The notes beneath the pieces were generated by a model. That model was given only the letters and a program-made list of their open reading frames with translations, was not told the origin of the DNA and did no database searches. This document shows positions 1 to 12,143 of a DNA stretch of 64,000 bases, piece after piece; the first letter of the stretch is position 1; every line of letters begins with the position of its first letter. The DNA lies in assembly GCF_963921235.1 (NCBI RefSeq), contig NC_086097.1, forward strand, positions 67,644,001-67,708,000, written 5' to 3'. Source of the stretch: Mobula hypostoma (lineage: Eukaryota). Both the position numbers and the translations under genes were made by a program.

Positions 1-1228
1 CGCGGGTGAAGAAACCTATACTGTGGTCCTTCCCCACCGGGCCCTTGCGGTGGCTGCACCGAGTTTCAGTGCGTCCCTCAGCACGTACTCCTGCAGCTGA
101 GAATGTGCCAGTCGACAGCATTCTCCCACGGACATCTCCATGTGCTGGTAGATCATCAAGTTTCGGGCCGACCAAAGAGCGTCTTTCACCGAGTTGATGA
201 TCTGCCAGCAGCACCGGATGTTGGTCTCCGTGTGCGTCCCCGGGAACAGCCCGTAGATCAGAGAGTCCTCTGTTACGCAGCTGCTGGGGATGAAACGTGA
301 CACTAGCCCGTCTATCCTCCTCCACACCCTCTTTGCGAACTGGCAGTGTGCAAAGAGGTGGGTCACAGACTCCTCCTCACTGCAGTCGTCCCGTGGGCAG
401 TGGGGTGCGGAGACGATGTTCCGGGCGTACAGGAGGGCTCTGACTGGGAGGGCCCCTCTCACCGCCAGCCAGGCGAGGTCTTGGTGCCTGTTGGTGAGAT
501 CTGGCGATAAGGCATTTTGCCAGATGAACTGGACAGTCTGCTCAGGGAACCACCCCACTGAGTCCATCACGTCCTTCTCCTGCAGTGCCTGCAGGACACT
601 ACGTGCCGACCACTACCTGATGGCCCTGTGGTCAAAGGCGTTCTCCTGGAAGAACTTTGCTACGTAGGACAGGTATGCTGGCAACGACCAGCTGACTGGG
701 GCGTTGCGCGGGAGTGGGGCCAGACCCATCCTTCGTAGCCAGGGCGACAGGTAGAACCTGGGCACATAGTGGTACTTGGTGCCCACATACCTGGGTTCTA
801 CACACAACCTGATGCAGCCACATACGAAGCTGGCCATCAGGGTGAGGGCGACATTGGGGACGTTCTTGCCCCCGTTGTCCAGGGACTTGTGCATGATGGT
901 CCGTCTCACCCGCTCCATCTTGGATCCCCAGACGAATCTGAAGACAGCCCGGGTGATTTCCGAGCTGTAGGAGCGGGGGACGGGCCAGACCTGCGCCAAG
1001 TACAGCAGCCCTGAGAGCACCTCACACCTGATGACCAGGTTCTTGCCCGTTATCGACAGGGAGCGCCCTCCCCACAGTCCCAGTTTCTGTTTCACCTTGG
1101 CAGTCCGCTCCTGCCAGTTCTTATTGCACGCCTCATCCCCTCCGAACCAGATCCCCAACACCTTCACGTGGTCAGACCTGATGGTGAAGGGGACGCTGGA
1201 TCGGTCGGGCCATTTGCCGAAGAGCATG
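1..1228 (-). mobile_element. 5'-truncated Tx1/L1-clade non-LTR retrotransposon, ORF2 C-terminus (RT thumb and CCHC zinc finger)
   Basis: ORFs 613..1329 and 16..570 are in the same frame, separated by one TAG. Motifs VKVLGIWF, KLGLWGGRSLSITGKNLVIR and CPRDDC...ESVTHLFAHC. GC content drops sharply near 1228. Confidence 0.88.
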
Positions 1229-3387
1229 GAACTGCAGTTACCAAGGGTGTGTTTATGAGGCACGCAGTGTATGAAACTCAGAAAAGTGCCCTCAGAACAT
1301 TGAAGATGAGTACTGGTAGTTTCTAGCAATTACCTCTTTAGCTGGCAGGAGCAGGGCAATATAGGTGACAAGTGCTAGTAAATACCAGGGTCTACAAATG
1401 GAATTATATAGCACATTTAAATCAATAGTTGCCTATTAAATTTGAGGATCCCTGATCTTTGGTTAGTTTCCAGTGCTGTCGATAACTGAGGCTCCAATGC
1501 ATACATTATTTGTCAGAAAATTTCTCAGCCATTTATTTACAACTTATGATTCTTCTACCTGGCGTACTGGCAGAGTCCTGACATGAATTGCAAATATTTT
1601 CAAGTACTTCTCCAACTTTGCTTCTCATAGTTCTTGAGTAGTTGATGCATTTTACCCATTTCTGACAATATCCACATGAATGCTGTAAATTACCCAAAGC
1701 AGAGCAGTGTGCAAGGGAGATTGGTGTACTTTTGTGGGAGAAGGAATGCCTTTCTCATTGTTAATGCATCCAATTCCATAACACTCCTACCTGATTTGAT
1801 AACTGACAAAATTACGAACTACAAGAAAAAAAACACTTAAATTTCTGTGGTTGAAATATCGGCATTTCAAATCAAACTTCTGTCAGATGGAAAATGGTTA
1901 GAGACGCCATCAGCATCCTCCAAATATTAATCACAAATGTGTTACACAATGAATGAATTCTGGACGGTAGCACAAAGAATCCTGAGTTCTGAAGAAGCAT
2001 TTTAATAACTTCTGTGAATCAATACATATAGGATTCTCTAAATGATGACATATTGTAACATCAATCTCTAATGTTATTGGCCGTTGGCCAATGTCAGTCT
2101 ATGTTAGTAAACAGCAGCTGTTCAAGAGGGTATGTTGTATTTGTCTATATTTGTGCTTCCATCCCCTGAGAACTGGTTACCCAACACTGTGGCAGGCATG
2201 AATAGAAATGATGATTAAAATGCATATGTACATTAATAACACTGCACCCAGATATAGCATTAATTATTGCTACAAATATGAGCAATCATAAGAATAACAG
2301 AGAAAAATAATTCATCATTCAAAAGCTTTAATGATCTGAAATGCTTGGAAGGTGCTTATTAGTTGAACATGTTAACACTGGTAATTTTTGGTTCTTTTTT
2401 AAGTTTGTGCATCTGATTTTTCTTTAATTAAAAAAAACATTACAACAGTATTCCCTACATGCCCTTAATTTGGCAGAAGCACCAAATTACAAATCATCCT
2501 CACCAGTTTTTATAAATAACACTGAGTTTGTGCACTATTCCATCACGGGGAATGGATGAGGGTAGCCTGATCCTCGACAATTGCAAAACTATCATAGGAT
2601 AATCAAACATGTAAGGAAATAGGGAGTTCTTTTGCATTTTTCTTTGAATTTTCTTCTCTTATTGCATTTGTGTCCAGTGAGTACACACCAAGTGTGTAAT
2701 TGGAAAAAGAACCCCTAGATCTAACCCTGTGTAGCAGAAAGCATCAAAGCACTATCAGAATGAGTCATCACACTGGTATTTTGATATCACTACCAATAAT
2801 TTAATTTTTCTTTATTGTTGAAGCACATTTGGGATCCAGTAAAATATCTCAGTTCAAAATTGAAAACATTTGTTACTAATTGGACATAAACATATGAAGG
2901 ATTTATTTTACACTCTCTGGACTTTGGACCTTTCATTATTCAGGATGGCTGATGAGTGACCTGATCTAAAGTAAATGTGGAATCTCTTCCATATTCTTCC
3001 ATTATCTTGTGCTTGGAATTTTTCATCCCACTCCCTCCCCTTTATTATCACAGGACAAATAGGTTCAGGAGCTACAGCATTGTGTCTTGGGACTAAATTC
3101 TAATTAACCTTTCTCTGCACAAAATACTGGAATCTGATTATCAACTTCAGATGGACATCAAAACATATTCATACACAGCTGTTATTAAAGTCTGGCCCCA
3201 AAATACTGTAGAGCATTTCCTTACAAACATCTATAAGCGCGAATTTATTCCTGCTGAGACATCTTTGGGTTATTTCTTATTAATATTCTTGAAGGAATAC
3301 TTCACACTTAACACAATTGTCTTCTCAGGAAAATTATTTTAGGAAGCTCATTTTGCAGAGTTTTTATAGAATTAATCGTATACTCAC

Positions 3388-3494
3388 AATCCAAGTGACT
3401 ATGCCTGATCCCTTCCACGTCCTCAGCATGAATGAAGTAATAGCATCTTTTACCCACGATATCTACTGGAGTTAGGTCCATGTAGTCACTAATA
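3388..3494 (-). CDS. npas3: NPAS3 coding exon (PAS-B; about exon 9), 107 bp
   Basis: (R)[35 protein letters not shown](L). Acceptor CTGCAG|T completes the split codon CG|T; donor T|GTGAGT. Confidence 0.97.
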
Positions 3495-4115
3495 CTGCAG
3501 TTTTGAAGCAGAAATGAAACAACATTAAAAGTGCAGATCCTTGAAAGAGTAAATTGAAACAACTTGAAAGCACATTATAGTAAAAATATTTATTTACAAC
3601 AATCTAATGTTGATAAATTTGTCAATCTAATGTTGACAAATGCTGCAGATACGCTGAGTATTTCCAGCGTTTCTCGGTTTCTATTTCGAACTGTATCGCA
3701 TCTGCAGTTCTTTTGCACTCTTTGATTACATCATATTTTGATTGACACATTCGATGGTAACTAAAAACACTTGAAATTGCAAAAATGGACAAAACCAACA
3801 GAGAACTGTGATGGTGAATGTAACCAAGTATAAAATAAATATAAGCTAACAGGTTCGTGGGTCCTCCGTTGCTTGCCACATGTCTGTGTGTACTCAGGCG
3901 TGTGGGAAGGTTTGTTGTTCATAACATTCTTGTAGAATTCGAGTGGGGTGGAGAGTCACGGAGATCTGTTGAGCAGTTGAGACTGTCACTCATTGTGAGC
4001 TGCCAGCAGTGTCAAAAATTATGATTAGGAAAAAAAAAGTGACAGACGGAAATCTCCACAGATCTTCATTTAAAAAAAAGAACAGGTATATAAAGTAGAA
4101 GGAAAAACTGCTTAC

Positions 4116-4309
4116 CGGTTTTCACAGTAAACTATACTTAGGTCCATATTTACTCTGGTGACAAACATCTGGCAGTCAATCCGAACTTCATTTATTGTTG
4201 GAGGAGGCAAAGCATGAGCCACAACGACTAGGCCGATGATTTGAGTGGGCAGTACACGTCCATGGGAATGAGAAACTCGCAATCTTAACCGTCCTGTTAC
4301 ATGAATGAC
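4116..4309 (-). CDS. npas3: NPAS3 coding exon (linker to start of PAS-B; about exon 8), 194 bp
   Basis: Read by hand (not in the ORF track): [64 protein letters not shown](R). Acceptor TTTTGTTTTAG|GTC and donor CG|GTAAGC. Continues the preceding exon in phase 0. Confidence 0.97.
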
Positions 4310-4465
4310 CTAAAACAAAATAATATCGCAAGGATGTGTAAGTACTAATGGTCTACCAGATCATCGGTGTTCAACCATCAAGGCATAGGGAAATGTCATT
4401 CACTTTAACATGGTAATCTTTCTAAATCTGGCTGCAATCGATTTACTTTACGTCTTTCTCTGGAC

Positions 4466-5385
4466 TAAGCACATCTTTCCTCCGCTTCCCCCCCCCCCCC
4501 GCTTTCTGCAGGGATCACTCCCTACGCAACTCCCTTGTCCATTCGTCCCCCCGATCCCTCCCTACTGATCTCCCTCCTGGCACTTATCCGTATAAGCAGA
4601 ACAAGTGCTACACATGCCTTTACACTTCCTCCCTTACCACCATTCAGGGCCCCAAACAGTCCTTCCAGGTGAGGCAACACTTCACCTGTGAGTTGGCTGG
4701 GGTGATATATTGTGTCCGGTGCTCCCGATGTGGCCTTCTATATATTGGCGAGACCCGATGCAGACTGGGAGATCGTTTTGCTGAACACCTACGCTTTGTC
4801 CGCCAGAGAAAGCAGGATCTCCCAGTGGCCACACATTTTAATTCCACGTCCCATTCCCATTCTGACATGTCTATCCACGGCCTCCTCTACTGTAAAGATG
4901 AAGCCACACTCAGGTTGGAGGAACAACACCTTATATTCCGTCTGGGTAGCCTCCAACCTGATGGCATCAACATTGACTTCTCTAACTTCCGCTAATGCCC
5001 CACCTCCCCCTTGTACCCCATCCGTTATTTATTTATATACACACATTCTTTCTCTCTCTCTCCTTTTTCTCCCTCTGTCCCTCTCACTATACCCCTTGCC
5101 CATCCTCTGGTTCCCCCCCCCCGCTTTTCTTTCTCCTTGGGCCTCCTGACCCATGATCCACTCATATCCCTTTTGCCTATCAACTGTCCAGTCTTGGCTC
5201 CATCCCTCCCCCTCCTGTCTTCTCCTATCATTTTGGATCTCCCCCTCCCCCTCTCACTTTCAAATCTCTCACTAGCTCTTCTTTCAATTAGTCCTGATGA
5301 AGGGTCTCAGCCCGAATCATCGACTGTACCTCTTCCTAGAGATGCTGCCTGGCTTGCTGTGTTCACCAGCAACTTTGACATTTGT
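4466..5385 (+). mobile_element. Penelope-like element (Neptune type), 3' part: GIY-YIG endonuclease plus pseudo-LTR
   Basis: GVIYCVRCSRCGLLYIGET...RFAEH...VATHFN...EQHLIFRLGSLQPDGIN ending at TAA 4995. Nearly identical to 12810-13735. Confidence 0.92.
5290..5325 (+). ncRNA. Degenerate minimal type-I hammerhead ribozyme in PLE pseudo-LTR
   Basis: AGTC CTGATGA AGGGTCTCAGCCC GAAT CATC GACT; the GAAA and CGTC elements are mutated. Confidence 0.65.
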
Positions 5386-5639
5386 ACTTATTAAGATCTT
5401 GCTAACAATCAATGAGAACATTCAAGAGGAAGTATCACTTGGTGCTTCTGAAAACAGAGCATTTAACTATAGATCATATCTGTGTTTTACAGTTGAATCA
5501 AAGATCAATGGGAAAATCAAAAGGCCTTTAAATCCCAATCTATCCCTCTATCAGAGTCCTGTAACAAACATAGATTGTCTCTGAAATTCCCACATTGAAA
5601 GGCAAATTTACCTAAATTGTTATTAAATGCTCTAAAAAC

Positions 5640-6640
5640 AAACCAGGAAATTATAGGTGGTGACCCTGACATCAGTAGTGGGAAAGTTATTGGAAGGTAT
5701 TCTAAGGGACTGAATATATGAGTATTCGTATAGACATGGACTGATTAGGGATAGTAAGCATAGCTTTGTGTGTAGTGGATCATGTCCAACCAATCTTATA
5801 GAGTTCTTCAAGGAAGTTATCAGGAAAGTTAATGAAGGCAAGGCAGTGGATGTTGTCTACATGGACCTTATCAAGGTATTTGATAAGGTCCTGCATTGGT
5901 CAAGAAGGTTCAATTTCTCGGCATTCAAGATGAAGTAGTAAATTGCAATAGATATTGGCTCTGTGGGAGAAGCCAGACAGTGGTAGTAGATAATTTCCTC
6001 TCTGTGGAGGCCTGTGAATAGTGGAGAGCCTGGGGTTTCGGAGTTGGGTCTGTTGTAGTTTGATATCTATATCAACGACCTGGATGATAATGTGGTTAAC
6101 TTGATTAGCAGATTCATGGATGTCACCAAGATTGGGTGTGTAGTGGACAGTGAGGAAGACTATCAGACCTTGCAGCGGGATTTGGAAGAGCTGGAAAAAT
6201 GGGCTAAAAAAGGGCAGGTGGAATTTAATGTGGACATGTGTGAGGTGTTGCACTTCGGTAGGACCAAAATGGGTAGGTCTTACATAATGAACGGTAGGGC
6301 ACTGAGCAGTGCAGTAGAACAAAGCAGTCTGGGAATTCAGGTCCATAATTCATTGAAAGTGGCATCACAGGTAGATAAAGTCATAAAGAAAACTTTTGGC
6401 ATATTGGCCTTCACAAATCAAAGTATTGATTACAAGAGATGGGATGTTATGCTGAAATTGGATGAGAGTTGGTGAGGCCTAATTTGGAGTATTGTGTACA
6501 GTTTTGGTCACCTAACCACAGGAAAGATGTAAATAAGTTTGAAAGAGTACAGAGAACATTTACAAGGATGTTGCCTGGATGGAGAACCTGAGTTATACAG
6601 AAAGATTGATTATGTTAGGACTCGATTCCTTGGAACATTG
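5640..6640 (+). mobile_element. CR1 LINE fragment (RT domain), decayed
   Basis: YRPVSLTSVVGKLLE-like and VDVVYMD..K.FDKV motifs, plus FNVDMCEVLHFG and VRPNLEYCVQFW. Confidence 0.9.
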
Positions 6641-8490
6641 GTCTGGCTTTGGTGGCCCAGGGAGAGCACAAAATTCAAAGTTCAAATTAAATTTATTAAC
6701 AAAGTACATATATGTCACCATATACAACCCTCAGATTCATTTTCTTGTGGGCATACTCAATAAACTGAATAACCATTATAGAATCAATGAAAGACCGCAC
6801 CAAAAGGATGGGCAGCCGGTGTGCAGAAGATAACAAACTGCAAATACAAAATGAAAAAAGAAACACTGATAATAATAATAATTAATCACCACCCACTTAG
6901 ATAACCACAATATACTTACAGAAGAAGAGAAGGATGCTGAAAGGTTATTAAAGGATATAAAGGACAATTGACAATAGATTCTGTAACTCTACATCAAACC
7001 TGGCAGAAAAACAGAAATCCTTCATGTTGTTATGTTGACTACCAAAAAGCATTTGATTCTGTGCCACATTCATGGTTAATAGAAAGTAATTAATATGTAT
7101 AAACTACACCCAATACTTATGAAATTCGCACAACGTCTGATGATGCATTGGCATACTATATTCAACCTATCTATTAACAACCAAGAAAGAACAACCAGCG
7201 TTATCAAAATAAACCAAGCATTTTCGAGGGCAAATCTCTAAGCATGCTATGGTTTTGTCTAACTTTAAACTCACTCACTAATATACTGAATCAGACAAAA
7301 ATGTTGTTTCAAATCAGAAACAACCAAACAAATTATACCTTGACACACTTTCCATACATGGATGATTTGAAATTAAACGCTCTTTCATCAGTAAAGCTGC
7401 AATAATTAATTCAAATAGTAGAACTGTCTTCTAAAGATATAAACAGGAACACTGGACTAGATAAATCCACAACATTAAACATAAAGAAAGATGCAATAGA
7501 ACTAATAGAATATGAAACACAGCAGCAGGATACAATACAACTGATGGATGGATATCAACAGGCAAACAAATACCATAGTACAATCAAGGGAAAACTTTTG
7601 ACAGAATTTACTTCAAGGCTTAAGAAAATCTGCCAAATGGAGCTCAATAGTAAAAATATAACAAAGGCAATTAACATTTCCGCTAAACCTATATTATCAT
7701 ATTCTTTTGGCATAATAACTTGCAAAGAAGAATAAGAACTGAGAAGACAAATTTTAGAAAACACTGCAGTATGTACACTCTAATGGCTTAGATTAACACT
7801 GCCTAGGACAAAAGGTGGAAGACGGATACAGACATAAAAAATTTACACAACAGTCAGATAAAATCTTTCAGGATATATGTCCATCAATGAAAACAGGATT
7901 CAGCATGCCACGTGAGCATATGCTATCTGATGAGAAGTATACAACATTAACATAAACAAAAGCACAACCGAGAAAAATGAAGAAATCTTCACTGTAAAAG
8001 AAAAAGTTAACCAATGGAAGAGCATGAACCTCCATGGAAGACATCCCCATCATATGAGCAGACTAGATGTTAACAAGGACGTGTCAAACACCTGGCTCAT
8101 TGTTGGAGACCCCTTCCCAGAAATAGAAGATTCCTTGTGGCAATACAGGACCAGGTGGTTAACACAAAAAAAAGACTGGAAGTGCATAATAAAAGACCAA
8201 TAAATTCAAGATGATAAATGCAAAAAAAAGCCAAGAGAAACTAGAAACAATCTAACACATTACAGGATCCTGCAGCAGTTTAACTCAATCTGATTACTTA
8301 CATAGACACAATCAAATGGCAAATATCATTCAGCAATATCTTGCTTTAAAATACAAACTTATAAAAGAAACCATACCTTGCCATAAACACATGCCCGAAC
8401 CAGTATTATAGTCAGAGTCCCACAAATTATATTATGACCGATCTGTTATTATAGAGAGGACAATCCATAATAACTGTTCCGATATAAAAT

Positions 8491-9522
8491 CAGGGGCAGG
8501 TAGTTTTGAGGAAGTAGAGAAGCCACAGAAGGATTTAGACACATTAGGAGAATGGGCAAAAAAGTGGCAGATGGAATACAGTGTTGGGAATTGAATGGCC
8601 ATGCACTTTGGAAGAAGAAATAAAAGGGTTGACTATTTTTTAAATGTAGAGAAAATTCAAAAATATGAGGTGCAAAAGGATTTGGGAGTCCTTGTGCAGG
8701 ATTTCCTAAAGGGTAATTCGCAGGTTGAGTCTGTGGTAAGGAAGGTAAATGCAATGCTAGCATTCATTTCAAGTGGATTAGAAGATAAAATCAAAGATGT
8801 ATTGTTCAGGCTTTATAAAGCACTGGTGAGGCCTCACTTGGCGTATTGTGAGCAGCTTTGGGCCCCCTATACAAGAAGTGATGTGCTGACACTGGAGTGG
8901 GTTCTAAGGAAGTTCTCGAAAATGATTCAAGAATTGAAAATGAGGGTAACCTATTTGGAACTTATTGAATGTTGAAAGGCCTTGATAGAGTGGATGTGGA
9001 GAGAATGTTTCTTATGGTGAGAGAGTCTAGGACTAGAGGACACAGCCTCAGAATAGAGGGATGTCCTTTTAGATGGACATGAGGAGGAATGTCTTTAGTC
9101 AGTGACTGGTGAATCTGTGGAATTCATTGTCACAGGTGGCTGTAGAGGCCGTCTTTATGGATATTTCAGGCAGTGGTTGATAGATTTCTTAAACAAGAGA
9201 GAATCTGCAGCTACTGGAAATCCAAGCAACACACACAAAATACTGGAGAAACTCAGCAGGCCAGGCAACATCTTTGGAAAATAGTATAGTTGACGTCTCG
9301 GCCTGAAACGTCAACTGTACTTTTATCCATGGATGCTGCCTGGCCTTCTGAGTCCTTCCAGCATTTTGTGTGTGTTGATAGATTCTTGATTGGTCAGGGC
9401 ATGAAGAGATACAGAGAGAAGGCAGGAGATTGGGGCTGAGAGGAAAATTAGATCAACCATGATGAAATGGTGGAGCAGACTCAAAGGGCTAAATGCTCCT
9501 ATATCTTTTGGCCTTCTGGTCT
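8491..9522 (+). mobile_element. CR1 LINE 3' end nested in the R4 element
   Basis: QKDLGVLVQD...YKALVRPHLAYCEQLW; colinear with the copy at 35270-36155. Confidence 0.9.
9191..9374. mobile_element. PLE-derived foldback (hairpin) mini-element with about 13-bp TSD
   Basis: Inverted arms of about 70 bp centred on the hammerhead stem II segment. Flanking duplication TTGATAGATT(T)CTT at 9177-9190 and 9375-9387; the empty site is visible in the CR1 copy near 36000. Confidence 0.85.
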
Positions 9523-10152
9523 TAATATTACAGGATAAACAAGCCAGAACAACTTACTTCAAAGATATCATCATTCCAAACACACATACCATGCAGAAAT
9601 CAGTAAGTGAAATACAGCAGGAAAATGCTGAATTAAAAGAGGACATTGAAAGACTTTGGACCATGAATAGGGTATACATTGTCCCAACGTAATATCTGCA
9701 ACTGGAATCATCCCAAAGTCACTACACAATAGCATTAAACAATTAGGCCTACACAGCAATATTTATGTAAATCTCCAGAAAGCCACAATGCTAAACTCCA
9801 TTAGAATAGTCCAAAAGTTCTCAGCAATTGAAAAATGAGTGTGCTTCGTTATGCATGTTCCTCAAGTTTTACCAGCTTGAGCAGAGAAACATAAAAATAC
9901 AATAATAATAATAAATAAATGAGCAATAAATATTGTGAACATGAGGTGAAGAGTCCTTGAAAGTGAGTCCATAGTTTGTGGGAACAGTTCAGTGATGGGG
10001 TAAGTGAAGTTGAGTGAAGTTATCCCCTCTGGTTTAGGTAGCTGATGGTTGAGAGGTAATAACCATTCCTAAACCTGGCAGTGTGAGTCTCGAAGCACCT
10101 GTACCTTCTTCCTTACAGCAGCAGTGAGAAGCAAGCATGACCTGGGTGGTGT

Positions 10153-10200
10153 GGGTTAGGGTTAGGGTTAGGGTTAGGGTTAGTGTTAACCCTAACCCTA
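10153..10200. repeat. Short interstitial telomeric sequence, head-to-head (TTAGGG)4-TTAGTG-TTAA-CCCTAA-CCCTA
   Basis: Read directly from the sequence. It replaces about 17 nt of the host LINE, judged by sister copies near 30610 and 31675. Confidence 0.9.
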
Positions 10201-11560
10201 CTGCTGCCTTCCTGTGACAATGCTCCATGCAGATGTACTCAATGGTGGGAAGGGATTTACCTGTGATGGATGGGCTAAATCCACTACTTTTTGCAGGATT
10301 TTCCATTCAGGGACATGGGTGTTTTCATACCAGGCTATGATGCAGCCAGTCAATATACTCTCCACCACACATCAATAGAAGATTGTCAGAGTTTTAGATG
10401 TTATGCCGAGCTTTGCAAACTTGTAAGGAAGTAGAGGCATTGTTGTGCTTTCTTTATAACTGCACTTACTGAGCCCAAGACAGATCCTCTGAAAAGATAA
10501 CACCAAAGAATTTAAAGTTGCTGACCCTTTCTGTCTTTGATCCCCCGGTGAGGACTGGCTCATGGACCTCTGATTTGGTCAGTAATCAGCTCTTTGGTTT
10601 TGCTGCCGTTGGGTGAGAGGTTGTGGTTATGCCACCATTCAGCCAGATTCTCAATCTCCCTCCAATATGCAGGTTTGTAACCACCTTTGATTTGGTCTAA
10701 GACAGTAGTGTTGTCAGAAAACTTGAATATGCCAATTGGAGCTGCGCTTAGACACACAGCCGTAAGTATAAAGCATGTAGAGCAGTGGTCTAAGCACACA
10801 GCCTTGGGGTGCACCTGTGCTGATGGAGATCGTGGAGGAGATATTGTTGTCCATCTGAACTGACAGGGATTTGCAAGTGAGGAAATCAAGGATCCAATTG
10901 CACCAGATGGTTTTGAAGCCAAGGTCTTGAAGCTTATTGATAAGTTTTGTATTGATTAGCTTATTGATCACAAACATTGTTCAGGGGAGCAGGCAAGTCT
11001 TCCCATATGTAGGTGTAGCTCTTAGAGAAGGGACATGCTTAGACCACTAGCTCTAACCTGGCTGTGGGTTCAAAACTGGCTGGTCACTTGCAGCTGTATG
11101 AACTGTCTACGGGCAGTTTCAGGTTGGCCAATGGCTGGCTAATTGTGGATTAGTTGCTTCATGATGCCGGATGGGTAACAGTTAGAGACTTAATCCCAGT
11201 TATGCTGTTGCTGGCTTTGCTGCCTGACAGGCATCTGAAAACTGAATAGCTGCTTTAGGTTGGTAGAGGGTATGCTAATCCAAATTTGTAATTATGATAT
11301 AGAGTGTCTGGGGCAGGAACTCAAGATAGATCACCTGCACCTAGGTTGTCATCCTCAGCTTCTCTGTTTTGTGAAAGTGGAGACTTCCAGTACAATTGAT
11401 TCCACACTGCCACTATATGTCTGTGCAGTTGAGGGCTTAGTGTAAAGCAGCACATGTGGATAGCAGATCAGATTGTACATAATCCAACCCAATTGGTTTA
11501 TGGATTCACAGAAAGATATACTCAAAAACCCTAGGGAGAAAATAACATCATATTTTTATA

Positions 11561-11677
11561 AAAGTTGCTGATGAATGCAGCAGGCTAGGCAGCATGCTGC
11601 CTGGCCTTATGCGTTCCCAGCAACTTTTATGTGTGTTGCTTGAAATCCCAGCATCTGCAGATTTCCTCGTGTTTGCG
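11561..11677. mobile_element. PLE-derived mini foldback with perfect 14-bp TSD
   Basis: ATCATATTTTTATA at 11547-11560 and 11678-11691; arms centred on GGCAGCATGCTGCC. Confidence 0.88.
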
Positions 11678-12143
11678 ATCATATTTTTATACTCTTTTGC
11701 AAATGCAATCATCCATTCTTCATAGATGATATTGAGTTCACCATGGTCATGATGCAGATCCATATCTTTCCACATTGTTGCATTTGAGGAAAGGTTTTTT
11801 TCTGCGTTGTTCACTATAGCCATATTTCACTGTGAAGTGAACGGAGATTTTAACATTTGTAATCTTGATGAACCTCAATTGGGTATCTGAGGAGGTGATG
11901 AGGGAAATTAAGGAAGAGCATACATTTATAAAAACAAAAACAGAAAATACTGCAAAATTGAGCACTTCATGTGGCGTCTGTGGAAAGGGAAGCAGTTAAC
12001 TGCTCAGATTAAAGAAGCTTCATCAAAATGGAGAAAAAGAAATAAAAACAACAGGAATTCTGCAGATGCTGGAAATTCAAGCAACACACATCAGAGTTGC
12101 TGGTGAACACTGCAGGCCAGGCAGCATCTCTAGGAAGAGGTAC

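Larger units (their letters stand above)
6884..9900 (+). mobile_element. R4/Dong-clade non-LTR retrotransposon (RT plus restriction-like endonuclease), decayed and split by CR1 at 8491-9522
   Basis: Frame-broken motifs YVDYQKAFDSVPHSWL (about 7032-7080), YMDDLKL (about 7355), GLDK, DYLHRHNQMANII (about 8291), PDI-|-LQDKQ and ERLWTMNRVYIVP..ISATGIIPKSL. Flanked by (TAA)n on both sides. Confidence 0.82.
6672..10975 (-). mobile_element. Rex1/Babar-type LINE 3' half, split by an insertion (pieces about 6672-6883 and 9900-10975)
   Basis: LINKLQDLG...CNWILDFLT...STGAPQGCVL.PLLY and FSDNTT motifs; (TTTGAAC)-type tail at about 6672. The two pieces join into the sequence seen uninterrupted at 25500-25700. 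Confidence 0.85.

Noticed and set aside
3308..3562. 84-aa ORF as a standalone gene (likewise 45192..45413)
   Set aside because: Only the part between splice sites matches NPAS3; the rest is intron read-through.
3600..3641. CAATCTAATGTTGA tandem duplication with a small hairpin
   Set aside because: Probably a local duplication at the edge of an old repeat fragment; no evidence of function.
10153..10200. Ancestral chromosome fusion site
   Set aside because: The host LINE and the NPAS3 gene are continuous across it, so a local repair event is more plausible.
11020..11460. Ancient tRNA-SINE-like segments (also about 14740-14900, 41110-41440, 46530-46740)
   Set aside because: Only faint B-box or Deu-like words; too decayed to call without alignment.
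11548..11823. ORF with MDL...LNIIYE, superficially like a duplicated PAS-B exon
   Set aside because: Similarity is limited to a few residues, the ORF runs into a PLE insert, and no convincing splice sites were found.
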